A stretch of DNA of 64,000 nt, taken from the NCBI GenBank assembly GCA_951406725.2, contig OX597821.1, positions 109,430,001-109,494,000 on the forward strand. Reading direction: 5' to 3'. Positions 43,640-56,688 of the stretch are shown here, one piece after another (the first letter of the stretch is position 1; each line of letters opens with the position of its first letter). Below the pieces are notes generated by a model, which saw nothing but the letters and a program-made list of their open reading frames with translations, was not told the DNA's origin and did no database searches. Made by a program: the position numbers and the translations under genes. Origin of the DNA: Octopus vulgaris. Taxonomy: Eukaryota.

Positions 43640-43848
43640 CTCTTTACTCTTTTACTTGTTTCAGTCATTTGACTGCGGCCATGCTGGAGCACCGCCTTTA
43701 GTCGAGCAAATCGACCCCGGGACTTATTCTTTGTAAGCCCAGTACTTATTCTATCGGTTTCTTTTTGCCGAACTGCTAAGTGACGGGGACGTAAACACAC
43801 CAGCATCGGTTGTCAAGCAATGCTAGGGGGACAAACACAGACACACAA

Positions 43849-43898
<50 letters not shown>

Positions 43899-44060
43899 GA
43901 CAGGCTTCTTTCAGTTTCCGTCTACCAAATCCACTCACAAGGCATTGGTGGGCCCGGGGCTATAGCAGAAGATACTTGCCCAAGATGCCACGCAGTGGGA
44001 CTGAACCCGGAACCATGTGGTTGGTTAGCAAGCTACTTACCACACAGCCACTCCTGCGCC
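43640..44060 (-). mobile_element. SINE family A, full length
   Basis: Near-identical reverse complement of 25303-25720. Confidence 0.92.
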
Positions 44061-44139
44061 TATATATATATTTACTTCAAAATACAATCAATGATAAATA
44101 CTAAAATAATATTTCTTGTTTTTCAAAATGAAACAAAAC

Positions 44140-44669
44140 TGTGTGGTAGAGATTGTGCTGCCTCCTGCCCTTAACAAGGGAAAGGAAGGCTTGCTTTTTT
44201 CTGCGTAGTAGCCATACTGAAAGAAACAGTATGGAAGACGCATGTGAGAGGCATAGTGCCAGGTACCTTTGTATCCGGCCAGGGGTTGGTTAACTTTTTT
44301 AGTTATCACCTCAGTAATAAGATCAGGCTGGAGAAAAGGTACCTGTCACGAGACAGATTCATGAGAAGATGGAAGCCTGTGGCGAGGAAGCTGGGAGTGT
44401 TTGGCACCAGGTAAGTGGAAGCCAAAAACAGGAAAGAAAAGCAAGGGGTCTACCCTGGTGGTCGGATGCCTATCATTCAGAGACGCCATTACAAATTTCA
44501 TTTGTAATGAGCAACGCTTAAGTCAAAAGTTATAAACATATTTATTGAATTATTGTAAATTTTAAATTGTAAATATTTAATCGCTACAGTTACTTCACCC
44601 TTTTATGTTTGTCTGTTCTTGTTCGTCCCCTTTTGTAATGCCTTCATGGCAAATATTTATGAAATAAAG
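44140..44669 (+). pseudogene. Tx1/L1-clade LINE 3' end
   Basis: 44202-44414 reads CVVAILKETVWKTHVRG...NFFSYHLSNKIRLEK...RFMRRW...*, then a 3' UTR ending in AATAAA. Confidence 0.65.
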
Positions 44670-45001
44670 TAGCTTGCTTACCAACCACATGGTTCCGGGT
44701 TCAGACCCACTGCGTGGCACCTTGGACAAGTGTCTTCTACTATAGCCTCGGGCCGACAGAAAAAAGCCTTAACTTAGAGAAAGAGCACAGAAAAAAACAG
44801 GACGATCATCGAAAACAACGAAACAGTCACATTCAAAGCTTCTGGGATGTATTTAAAAAATATCAGTCCTATATTCTTACCGTTTCCAGGACTAGACGCA
44901 TCTGTTATATCAACTTTGATTAGTATTCTCCACTCCCTCCTTTTCACACACCCACCTCTCCCGCCTTACTCTCATTTTATGTCTCACTCTTTCCTCCTTT
45001 A

Positions 45002-45051
<50 letters not shown>

Positions 45052-45177
45052 ATCTAACCAACAGCACAAGACGACCATTCTTGACATCTGCGTATGTCTT
45101 AACTCAAACACCAGTTCTGTTTTTACAGGCTTCCCACAAATCTCCCTCTCCCCACCTCTCTCTCTCCTCTCTCTCAC

Positions 45178-45241
<64 letters not shown>

Positions 45242-45313
45242 CCTGTCTATCTATTCATCCATCTATCTCTCTATCTCTCTCTATCTCTATCTCTCTCTCT
45301 CTTTCTGCCTCAC

Positions 45314-45372
<59 letters not shown>

Positions 45373-45619
45373 CCACTTGTATGTGAAGGTATGTGTGTGT
45401 AATATGCAATCATATGTGTGTGTGTATGTACAAGCATAACTTTGAATGCCCCCCCCCCATACACACACACACGCACGCATGCACCCATACACTCCACACA
45501 CACACATACACACAAAATTACATACAGCTATACATTACACACCCATACATATTAACTATCTACAAAAGCAGTGCCCGCTCCCGACTCCTGTCCTGTGTGT
45601 ATGCGTACCCGTGTGTGTG

Positions 45620-45675
<56 letters not shown>

Positions 45676-45942
45676 TGTGTGTGTGTGTATCGGCAGCTAG
45701 CACCGGTGTTTTACTATCTTAACTGACAGAACACATCTGTTTCATTTCATAATTGATGTCAACGTGAAATCTTTTCTCTTTAATCACACCAATGTGTCCG
45801 GGTTTGTAACACCCTTATCCAACACTCGGCAAACAACCAATGCACACACGCACACGCACACGCACACAAAAATATATACTTACATACACACATACATACA
45901 TACATACATACATACATACATACATACATACATAAATGCATG

Positions 45943-45980
<38 letters not shown>

Positions 45981-46566
45981 GATATATATATATACATACA
46001 TATATATATATATGTGTGTGTGTGTGTATATGTATATATATAGGCGCAGGAGTGTGGTAAGTAGCTTGCTTACCAACCACACAGTTCCGGGTTCAGTCCC
46101 ACTGCGTGGCACCTTGGGCAAGTGTCTTCCACTATAGCCTCGGGCCGACCAAAGCCTTGTGAGTGGAGTTGGTAGACGGTATAAATATATCTACATATAT
46201 TCACACGTGTGTGTGTGTGTTTTTGTGTGTCTGTGTTTGCCCCCCCCCCCCCCCCCGGCCAACATCGCTTGACAACCGACTGAAACAAGTAAAAGAGTAA
46301 AAGAGTAATACCAGGGTCGGTCCACCATCAGCGACATTGCCTTTTTCCTTTCAAGTTTAATTTTTAATTTCATCAACTTACGATTTTGTGTGTTTCTTAA
46401 ATGGCTTACAAACACCTTCCACGCTGCAATTGTTTTCGTTCCAGCACACGATCTCAGATCAAATCACTTGCTATGCGAGTACATCTCCGTAATATATATA
46501 TATTATATATATATTGAAATATTATTTTAGTATTTATCATTGATTGTATTTTGAAGTAAATATATA

Positions 46567-46841
46567 TATAGGATCACCAAAATCCTTAGGGCTTCTATGG
46601 GTCTTAATCCGACCCTGCCTACCACACAATTTATTTGACCTTTACAGCACAATATATTCCAAGTTCAAATCCGGTCGAGGTCAACGCTGCCTTTCATACT
46701 GCTTGTGGTCGATAAAATAAAGTACCAGTTACTTACTCGGGTGGAAGATATCGATCAGCCCCCTATTCTCAAATTTCCTGACCTTGTGCGTAAGTCGGAT
46801 TTATTAGAGTGGTTAGTCAGGTTGGTAGAAAAGTCAGACAG
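46567..46841. repeat. Arm 2 of the 275-bp inverted duplication
   Basis: See 43365-43639. Confidence 0.9.
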
Positions 46842-46908
46842 CAAAAGAAAGAGACCTCGATATTATGTTGACATCGGTTGAGGACTCTGCCTCACAGAAG
46901 AATTCAAT

Positions 46909-47142
46909 ATGGACGCCTACTACATCGATTATTCTATGAAAAACATACCTATACCATCCAGGGAACTATACTCTTAGAAACTTTTGGAGAAAATTACAGA
47001 CCTGATTAATCACATGAGATGGAAAGTTTTCTTTTACAACATGGAAGAGGACACTACAGAGAATATATTCTATGGAATTAAATCAAAGAAATTCCCTCCA
47101 AAAATCAAAGGCTTGGAAGACGTCGAGGCAGACCTACTGAAA
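46909..47142 (+). pseudogene. N-terminal fragment of a Penelope-like element ORF
   Basis: DYSMKNIPIPSRELYS*KLLEKITDLINHMRWKVFFY...YGIKSKKFPP resembles recalled PLE N-termini; stop at 46975. Confidence 0.6.
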
Positions 47143-48016
47143 TATGTGTGTGTGTGAGTGTGTGTCTCTGTGCATAAATGTATATACGCGTGCGATGCTC
47201 ACACATGTTCACACACGTGCACTCACGCACACATACACATATAAACATTTACATTTGTACAGACACACGCATTGTTTGTATTTTCCTTCTGACTCTCTTA
47301 CTTTCTTACTTTCTCTGTGTGTATCTGTGTACACTCACGCACACATACACGCACGCGCACACGCACACACACCCATATACTCACGCGCACGTACACTTAT
47401 ATGCACACCCACATGTTAATGTGCACGCACGTGCGTGTGTGTGTGTTTGTGCGTGTGTATGTGTGTGTGTGTGTACCCTTGTGAGTGTGTAACATTTCTG
47501 CGGCGCCCCCCACACTCTTCGGCTCTCTTCTTTTGACCCCTCCCCCCCACCACACTGACCTATCTGATTCCTCCTGTCATTAACGGGGAAGTTATAAATC
47601 TGATTTATCTCCCGTCACCCAATAAACTATCTCTTACCACACCCCCTGTAACTGCTCACCTTTCAACACCCGCACCTATTTGCTAACACGAACCACACAT
47701 CCTAATCACCACCAGTTTCCCAGCCTACAAGGGTACCTAATTATTGTGGCGCCACCTGCCAGAAATAACAGTCAGATGTTCCGCAAATTCCACCCTACAC
47801 TAGGATTCCCATTTAACATTTTACAAACGTTTTAGGGATTTTTCGTTTATTTGTTTCAGTCAAGCAAATTGACCCCAGGACTTATTCTTTGTAAGCCTGG
47901 TACTTATTCTATCGGTTTCTTTTGCCGAACCGCCAAGATACGGGGACGTAAACACAACAGCAACGGTTGTCTATCGATGTTGATGGGGGAACAAACACAG
48001 ACACCCAAACATATAC

Positions 48017-48064
<48 letters not shown>

Positions 48065-48623
48065 GACGTGCTTCTTTCAGGTTCCGTCTACCAAATCCAC
48101 TCACAAGGCATTGGTCGGCACGGGGCTATAGTAGAAGATACTTGCTCAAGGTGCCATGCAGTGGGACTGAACCCGAACCATACGGTAGGTAAGCACATTG
48201 GATAACTAACTAGGTCCTCAAGCAACGACTTGAAGATTATTGCGACCAAGCGGTAGATCTGTACCATTAGACAACAGTTGGGCGTCAACTAGCGAGTGAG
48301 TTGCTACTGCGGGGCAGCCTCGTCGTTGAGCATGTTCCTTGTACCCTTTTAAACCACTTGGAATTGGCGTGGAAGACCAGAGAGGGAATCTGGTGAGGTA
48401 CGATGCACACTGCCTTACTTACTGACCAAAGACGTTTTGTTCAGAAAATTCTGCAACCTAACAGTCAATCGACGATGTATCTTCCATGTTGTAATTGTTT
48501 TAGTTTCAACTCACGGTCTCGTGGTTTCTTACTACACAGCCACGCTTGCGCCTGTGACCTCGTCTGTATCACTAGCGATTTTTTCCCCATGTCTTCCCTT
48601 CTCGGGATCTTTCCTTCTCCTAT

Positions 48624-48658
48624 GTTTCCGACGAAGAGCTCCGCTCGAAACGTCAAAC
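48624..48658 (+). ncRNA. Minimal type I hammerhead, U4C core
   Basis: GTTT-CCGACGA-A-GAGC-TCC-GCTC-GAAA-CG-TC-AAAC. Confidence 0.75.
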
Positions 48659-49109
48659 CCTCCTTCTTCCCTTCTTTCCTGAGCGTCCAATAATACTTTA
48701 TACGTTGTGAAGTGGTTCGATATTCTAACGACCAATTTTGATGATGACGCTCCGATATACAAGTAGACATCTGATTCAGTATAAACTCTGCATTGGTAAA
48801 TACACACACATACATGTAGGTAGTTTCTCACACCCAAATACGATAGCTTTCATTCTTAAAACAATTCGAATATTAACACTAGTTATACAGAATATATTCA
48901 CACTCTTTGGTTTTCTGTAATTCTTCCCCTCCCCAATGTTAACCGGATTTTGACCTCGAATTATCTCAACGGACTTTTTCGTCGGCTTTCACCCACCCTG
49001 ACGTCAACGCATATTGAGATACAGTTTTGTGCCATTCATACCATGGGCTCCCAGAGAGCTTTTGTCGAAAAGCTTGCTGCGCATTTGTTTTGGATATTTA
49101 AGTTCCTGG

Positions 49110-49195
49110 ATTTTCCTGAAGAGAAAGCTGCAAAATGGTCTCCTTATTCAATCCGAATTAGGGACTTTGCAGCCTTTGAAACATATGTAGAAAAT
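49110..49195 (+). ncRNA. Type I hammerhead with extended stem II
   Basis: ATTTTC-CTGAAGA-GAAAGCTGCAAA...TTTGCAGCCTTT-GAAAC-ATAT-GTA-GAAAAT. Confidence 0.82.
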
Positions 49196-49246
49196 AATAA
49201 AAAGGAATTTTGTAAAATCTTCGTTCAGCTCCATTTCTTCCCTCAC

Positions 49247-49296
<50 letters not shown>

Positions 49297-49314
49297 CGCA
49301 TCCACACACACACA

Positions 49315-49625
49315 CCACCGCTATATTCGGTCTGATATGCTCTAGCACCTGATTTCTTCCGATTGGGAAATCCCAGAGGATTTTGCTAGTCTCCGACTCC
49401 GCCACTTTCTGCGATGTGTACTCATACCACGTCTTGCTTCTCTCTCTCTAGCTCCCACTTTTCACACAGTTTCCGATGTAGCACTTTCGCTACCTGGTCG
49501 TGTGGCCACAACTTGTAGTGGGTTTTGGACAATGGTTTCAACCACTCTATTACAGATGCAGCACAGCGGAGATACTTGCTCATTTCTCACGTTAACCCTC
49601 CAGTTCTTGACCAGAGTTTCGTCCT
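49315..49625 (-). pseudogene. R4/Dong-type zinc knuckle and endonuclease remnant
   Basis: SPLCCICNRVVETI and KILWDFPIGRNQVLEHIRPNIAVV. Confidence 0.7.
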
Positions 49626-49693
49626 GCGCTACCAAATTTGAATCTCTCGCATAACTGAAAGTTCTCGACCCGTATTCACACACAAGTCATTTA

Positions 49694-49736
<43 letters not shown>

Positions 49737-50627
49737 GTATGCATATATGCATGTATGTATGCATCAATATACACATACTCATGGACCACCGTCATCTCTT
49801 ACAATATAAACGTATATATACAGACACGCACTTACACACACGCTCACTCCAACGCACACACATAGACACACACATGCACACACTCACATACACACTCACA
49901 CACGTACATGCATGCACTCACACTCACACATACACACACACTCACACACACGCTCACACACACATACACGCAAACACACGCTCACACATACACACACCTA
50001 CATACACTCACACGCACGCATACACACACATGCACACACATACTCACACACTCACATGCACACACACGCTCACACACACATATATACACACATACACCCA
50101 CATACACACACCCACACATAAACATACACATATACACTCACACATGCACATACATACACTCACATACGCACACGTTCACACACACATACACAAACAAACA
50201 CACACAAACACAAACACCCTCCCACACACACACACACACATCGGCCTAAACGAATAAATAAGCGCTCTGTGTTGAAACCATTCCTTTCTTCATGATATGG
50301 CTATTATTTCAAACACGTGTCCGTCGAATAAGAACCTTTTGTGCAGTTGGTCTTGTTGTTATTATTGCTGTCTGCTCAGCGTATAGGCATCTGTGTGTAT
50401 GGTGTGTGCGTGGGTGTGCTTGTGTGTGGTGCGAGTGAGTGCGAGTGAAATTTTTTTCTTTCCTTTATCAGAGAGCATGTATGTGTTTATTGGAATGTTG
50501 ACGGAAGTCGTCCTTTGGCGCTGATCTCATCATCTCATGAAACGGATAACTGCACCGATATTAAGTGTACAGCGAAGGTGACGGTTGAAGATAGCTCAGT
50601 CAAGAATTATTATAATATCGTCGAAAT

Positions 50628-50884
50628 GCGGCGAGTTGGCAAAAACGTTAGCGCGCCGGGCGAAATGCTTAGCGGTATTTCGGCTGCCGCTACGTTCTGC
50701 GTTCAAATTCTGCCGAGGTCGACTTTGCTTTTCATCCTTTCGGGGTCGATAAATTAAGTACTAGTTACGCACTGGGGTCGATGTAATCGACTTAATCCGT
50801 TTCTCTGTCCTTGTTTGTCCTCTCTGTGTTTAGCCCTTTGTGGGTAGTAAAGAAATAGGTATTTTGTCTGCCGTTACGTTCTGA
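50628..50884 (+). mobile_element. SINE family B with the start of a second unit
   Basis: Junction AAAGAAATAG|GTATTTTGTCTG. Confidence 0.9.
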
Positions 50885-50888
50885 TACT

Positions 50889-51207
50889 GACTGACTAGGT
50901 ATTTACCTTGCTCTGATGTACCTACGGGAGCACCGGACTCTGCACAAGCTACAGACTGTCTAGGTATTTACCTTGCTCTGATGTACCTACGGGAAAACCG
51001 GATTCTGCACAAGCTACAGACTTACTAGGTATTTACCTTGTTCTGATGTACCTACGGGAGCAGCGGATTCTGCACAAGCTACAGACTTACTAGGTATTTA
51101 CCTTGTTCTGATGTACCTACGAGAGCACCGGATTCTGCACAAGCGAAAGACTTACTAGGTATTTATCTTTTTCTGATGTACCTACGGGAGCACCGGACTC
51201 TGCAAAA
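50889..51207. repeat. 65-bp minisatellite, about 5 copies
   Basis: CTAGGTATTT at 50895, 50960, 51025, 51090 and 51155. Confidence 0.92.
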
Positions 51208-51337
51208 AGTACACCGGGTTCGACTGCCTTTCATCCTTTCGGGGTCGATAAATTAAGTACCAGTTGCGTACTGGGGTCGATCTAATCGGCTGCCCATCCC
51301 CCCACTTCCCCAAAAAATTTCGCCCCTTGTGCCTAGA

Positions 51338-51452
51338 TTATTTACGTTATTTACATTTGACGGATATTTGTCCTCATCTTCTTTGTACTGGCGTAGTGGT
51401 TAAAAGCGCGGGTTACTCACCCCAAGATTCCGAGGTCGAATCCAGGCAGTGA

Positions 51453-51516
<64 letters not shown>

Positions 51517-51730
51517 TATAATTATAATAATGATGATGATGATGATGATGATAACATCGAAAAATACCTTAGGAATGAGAACCCAGGTGCGAAATTTTCT
51601 CAAGTCACCTGATGAAGGCTGGAGGGTATATCAACCGAAAAGTTGTGTTGACATCAAACAAGATGACAACAAATATCCGTCAGATGTAAATAATGTACAT
51701 AATTCCTCATCTCTTAAACATAGAACTGGG
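51338..51730 (+). mobile_element. Element combining a tRNA-like promoter and a hammerhead, with an inverted 5' arm
   Basis: A-box 51389-51399, B-box-like 51434-51443, HHR 51606-51647, 11-bp TSD TTGTGCCTAGA at 51327-51337 and 51731-51741. Confidence 0.75.
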
Positions 51731-52002
51731 TTGTGCCTAGAGTAGAGAAGATTATAATATCGTCGATGATAAGTGTTGAACAAGAACAAAACATAAGGTT
51801 CAGCCCCAGTTTTTTAATCGTTTATTCTTTTATTTGTTTTAGTTATTTGACTGCGGCCATGCTGGGGCACCACCTTGAAGAGTTTTAGTCGAACAAATCG
51901 ATCAGAAGATATATATATATATCATTCAAAATGTGACAGCGTGTGTATCGTTGGCGACTTTTTTCTTCCGTCTTCCCTACCTTGGATCTTTCCTTTTCCT
52001 AT

Positions 52003-52037
52003 GTTTCTGACGAAGAGCTCTGCTCGAAATGTTAAAT
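52003..52037 (+). ncRNA. Minimal type I hammerhead
   Basis: GTTT-CTGACGA-A-GAGC-TCT-GCTC-GAAA-TG-TT-AAAT. Confidence 0.7.
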
Positions 52038-52134
52038 CCTCCTTCTTTCTTTCCATTCCTGAGCGTCCAATAACACTATACCTGTTCCACGTCCTCACGT
52101 TTTTGTGTTTTCATGTCTGGATTAACAATATATG

Positions 52135-52305
<171 letters not shown>

Positions 52306-52406
52306 CCGATAGTGATTATTCTATGGGTCTCTTTTACAGAACCCTTAAATAACGGAGACATAATTACATCAACACCGTTTGTCTTGACGAACGGTGGTGA
52401 GAGACT

Positions 52407-52455
<49 letters not shown>

Positions 52456-52499
52456 ACACGTATAGTAATATAATAAAAAGAAAGTTCTTGGTACAATAT

Positions 52500-52814
52500 T
52501 ATATATTTGAAAAAATGAGTTGAGATGGTTATTTGGGGGATATTTTTCATTTTAATAATAATGTTTATAGTGGGTGACTCTGGAATGAATTTCAAGTTTC
52601 AAATAGCCGTATTCAAACTAAAAAATGTTATGCTTTGCTGGTTGCTTAAATGGCAACAGATATTTTCTATTTAAGCAACCAGTAAACATACATTTTTCAG
52701 TTTGAAGACGGTTATTTGAAGTTTGAAATACATACCAGAGTCACTCGCTGTAACATTCTTATTAAAATAAAAATCATCCCCAAACCATTCTCTACTCATT
52801 TTTTCAAATATATA
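52500..52814. repeat. Long imperfect palindrome
   Basis: About 150-bp arms (52500-52651 and 52669-52814) with a 17-nt loop. Confidence 0.85.
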
Positions 52815-52827
52815 TATATTTTTGGGA

Positions 52828-52869
<42 letters not shown>

Positions 52870-53036
52870 CAAATAAGAAAATGGAGAAACAAATTCATCT
52901 CGTTCATCAAATTACGGATATTACAATTTTACATTATTTATTAATTATACAAATGAGAACATCAAAAGCAAACAAACAGTATATTGGATAATTGATATCC
53001 CACAGTGGGTTACCTTCATAACCTCTATCTTACTTT

Positions 53037-53097
<61 letters not shown>

Positions 53098-53565
53098 TAT
53101 ATGTAGAAAAATACAAACTGGGACAAGAACGTAAAACATTTAGAAGACGATACAAAGAACACGGACGGGACATTCGAAGCCTTCAATCTTCAGTCAAGAA
53201 CCGGATCATCCTAGCAATTTCGGATGATTAATCTTGATATATATATGTACTCTCGTTCTGGTTTAATAGCCCTCTATGTTTGTTTTCGTTCGGTTTCCTT
53301 GTACGTCTCCACTGTCCTGTTTTTGTTCCCAGCTTTGACCTTCCATAAGTCCTAAATCTTATTTTGCTACGTTTGTCATTCAATGCTCGAAATGTGGAGT
53401 AGATAGACAGCCGACAACTGACAAAGGACCGTTCTTTATGTTACTTGTTCTATTTTCCATTTGTTTTTCTTTTTACTCGTTTTTTGCGTATTGAACACGT
53501 TTGCTTTCGTATTTCAGGTTGTTTACTGCTTGTTAAGTACTGCACACATATATGCATGTATAATA

Positions 53566-53656
<91 letters not shown>

Positions 53657-54417
53657 ATGTATATATTATATTATATTATACTATATTATATTATATATAT
53701 AAAAAATACAAAATGGGACAAGAACGCAAAACATCCAGACAGTTAGGTGATACAAAAAAAGGGACAACAAAACATCCAGCTAGACGATACAAGGAAAGTA
53801 AGGACGGGTCCGGCTCGAGGCTATAGTGAAAAACACTTACTCAAGATGCCACACAGTGCGAATTGAACCCGAATCAATGTGGTTGAGAAGCCATTTTCTT
53901 ACCACACAAGCACGCTTATTGTTCAGAACAGAAACGCTAATCAGCGATGTGTACATATATACAAACTTGTTGCCAGTTCAAATATGCTTGGGACATATTC
54001 GAATCCGTAAGAAATCCATTCACTGTGTTTTGCCATGGAGAAAACTTCTTATTGTAAACAAATAGGTGTAAATGCATCGAATCGTCTAACGAAACTGTTG
54101 GATGCATACATTTCGGAGAGGTTATCTCCCCTTCAGTCACAAAGACCTTAAAAGCAGACGCTTCAAATTGACACGCGAGACAGGTCACTTTTAAGATATT
54201 TTCACCATCGTTGAATTATTGCTTGCGCTATTCAGCCGTTCGCTGCAAATAGAAAACGGTGTGACAGCGCTAAACAATGATGTGCGTGTAGTTATTCTGG
54301 TTATTGAACTGGTGAGATTGTTGAATACAAAAGACAGGAAATGATTGGCTGTAAATAGGCTTTAATCTTCTGAGAACGAGATTATGGTGGGGACGTGCAC
54401 AAGATGAAAGGAGAGAG

Positions 54418-54450
54418 TTCAATGTTTCGAGCATAGCTCTTCGTCGGAAA
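54418..54450 (-). ncRNA. Minimal hammerhead, U4C core
   Basis: TTT-CCGACGA-A-GAGC-TAT-GCTC-GAAA-CA-TT-GAA. Confidence 0.6.
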
Positions 54451-54818
54451 GGAAAAAATGAAAGAATCCAAAGATGGACTTTTCCAACGGGTCAAGCAAA
54501 TTAAAAATAAAAAAAAACAACGAAATGTCAAAAGAGCATACACAATAAATGCAGTAAGTTGACTCCCAGTTTAGAGGGGAAAACGAGAGACTGTGACGTT
54601 TTGCGCATGACTTTCCTCAGAAAGAGGAAAGATCCGGAGAGAGGAGAAAAATGGTCCGAGAAAAACATTTGAGTGATTGACACCCACATATATTTTCTTA
54701 CCTGTTTCAGTCATTTTACTGCGACCATGCTGGAGCACCACCTATAGTCGAACAAATTGACACCGGGACTTATTCTTTGTAAGCGTGTTTCTATCTGTCT
54801 CTCTCCTTCTTTCTACGT

Positions 54819-54852
<34 letters not shown>

Positions 54853-55352
54853 GCCCAAGGTACAACCCTGTGGGACTGAACCCGGGCCTATGTGGTTTGT
54901 AAGCAAGCTACTTACCACACAGCCATCCCTGTGCCTATGTACACATATCTGTGTGTGTATGCGACCATGTGAACTAGCATGCGAAAACATCAAGACATAT
55001 TTCCGTTGAGTTACAAATATTGAATAACATTTCCTCTCATCTGACAAGTTGGGCTACTTTAACGCCTACGAAACTTCAAGTAATGTGCGAATGAGTCAAA
55101 TTGTTTCATATATATTTTGTCTCCACTGTGGCTTATCAGGAACTCCGAGGGCGAAAGAAAATATATTTTGTCGGAGTAACGATTACGGATTGAATATATT
55201 TTCTCTATCGGTTTTATCTTCCACTACTTTAAGTGGCCACAGATTCTTTTTGAATTGTCATTCCCTGAAATTTCCCTCTCACTCACTCACTCACACACAC
55301 ACACACATATATATATATACACACACATACATACACACACATATATATGTAT

Positions 55353-55403
<51 letters not shown>

Positions 55404-55539
55404 TATATGTAGGCGTATAGTAAAACATTTGCTTTTCAATCACATGGTTCCGTGCCCAATCCCATTATGTGGCGCCCAGGGCAACTGTCGTCTACACTAG
55501 CCTCAGGCTATAGTAAACGGAAACTAAAAGAAGATCATC

Positions 55540-55595
<56 letters not shown>

Positions 55596-55892
55596 GTCCG
55601 CAGTCTGAAGACTGAAAGAAGTAAAATATAATACATATATTCTAATACGTATCAAATAATTCAGGAGAAGATATTATTGACTCTGTCATTATCTAGTGTA
55701 ACAATTAAAAAATGATAATAATAGAATCGATAATATAGGCGATTGCAAGCCTAGAAAGGCATTAAATAGCTGAGAGATGAAAATTAATCAAAGGACATTC
55801 GAAGTATGTCTACCTGATGGAAATAACAGTTAAAAGTCTTATTTATATGGCCGAAAAATATTACTGGTGATAATAACTACAGAAATCAACCG

Positions 55893-56409
55893 TCTGAGTG
55901 CAAACGGGCTAAGAGAAATTGTCAGCATACATTCATGTTTCTGGACTTATGTGGACCGGTTTCTGAACTAGCAATATAGCCTCGCCTTCCTCAGCATGCG
56001 TTACCAAGATGGAAAGCCCTCAGCATGCGTTACCAAGATGGAAAGCCCTCAGCATGCGTTACCAAGATGGAAAGCCCCCAGCCTGTCACATTGAAGTCTA
56101 CGCTGCAACCAATTCGTTTTGCGCCGAATAATGGCCTATATTATTTATTTTGTTATTATCATTTTTTAATTGTTACACTAGAAAGTAAATATTTTCTCTT
56201 GAAATTATATTCACACCGGTGGCTGCGATGATTCGGCGCAAAACGAATAAGTTGCGAAACAGACTTCAACTTGATTGGTTCGGGTATTTCTATCATCGTA
56301 ACGCGTGCTGAGGAAGGTGAGGCTATAATGCCAGTCCAGAAACCGGTCCACGTGAGTCCAAATACCTGAATGTATGCTGAGAGATTCTCTTAGCCCATTT
56401 GCACTCAGA
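55893..56409. mobile_element. Fold-back PLE-type element with an HHR in each arm
   Basis: 55893-56129 is inverted relative to 56231-56409; 29-bp triplication at 55989-56075. Confidence 0.78.
56303..56353 (+). ncRNA. Type I hammerhead
   Basis: GCGTG-CTGAGGA-AGG...GGC-TATAAT-GCC...CCA-GAAAC-CG-GTC-CACGT. Confidence 0.72.
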
Positions 56410-56415
56410 TGCATG

Positions 56416-56451
<36 letters not shown>

Positions 56452-56628
56452 GGTGTGGGTGTGTGTGTGTGTGTGTATAAATGAAAGAATGTATTGTAAA
56501 TAAGCTACAAATGAGAGGCGTATAATGTTTACGGAGTGCCCAAACGCACAGAAGTTAGTCACGGAAGGTCCCTAATTCTTCATCAGTTATCAACCAGATG
56601 GTATAACGCAGTTCACACCATCTATCTG

Positions 56629-56688
<60 letters not shown>

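Noticed and set aside
51389-51450. Genuine tRNA gene (likewise the SINE heads)
   Set aside because: A and B boxes are present but there is no complete cloverleaf with an acceptor stem; it lies within a mobile element
53165-53200. Minus-strand CTGAAGA...GAATGTC as a hammerhead (also near 24559)
   Set aside because: GAAA is replaced by GAAT and no stem I complementarity was found
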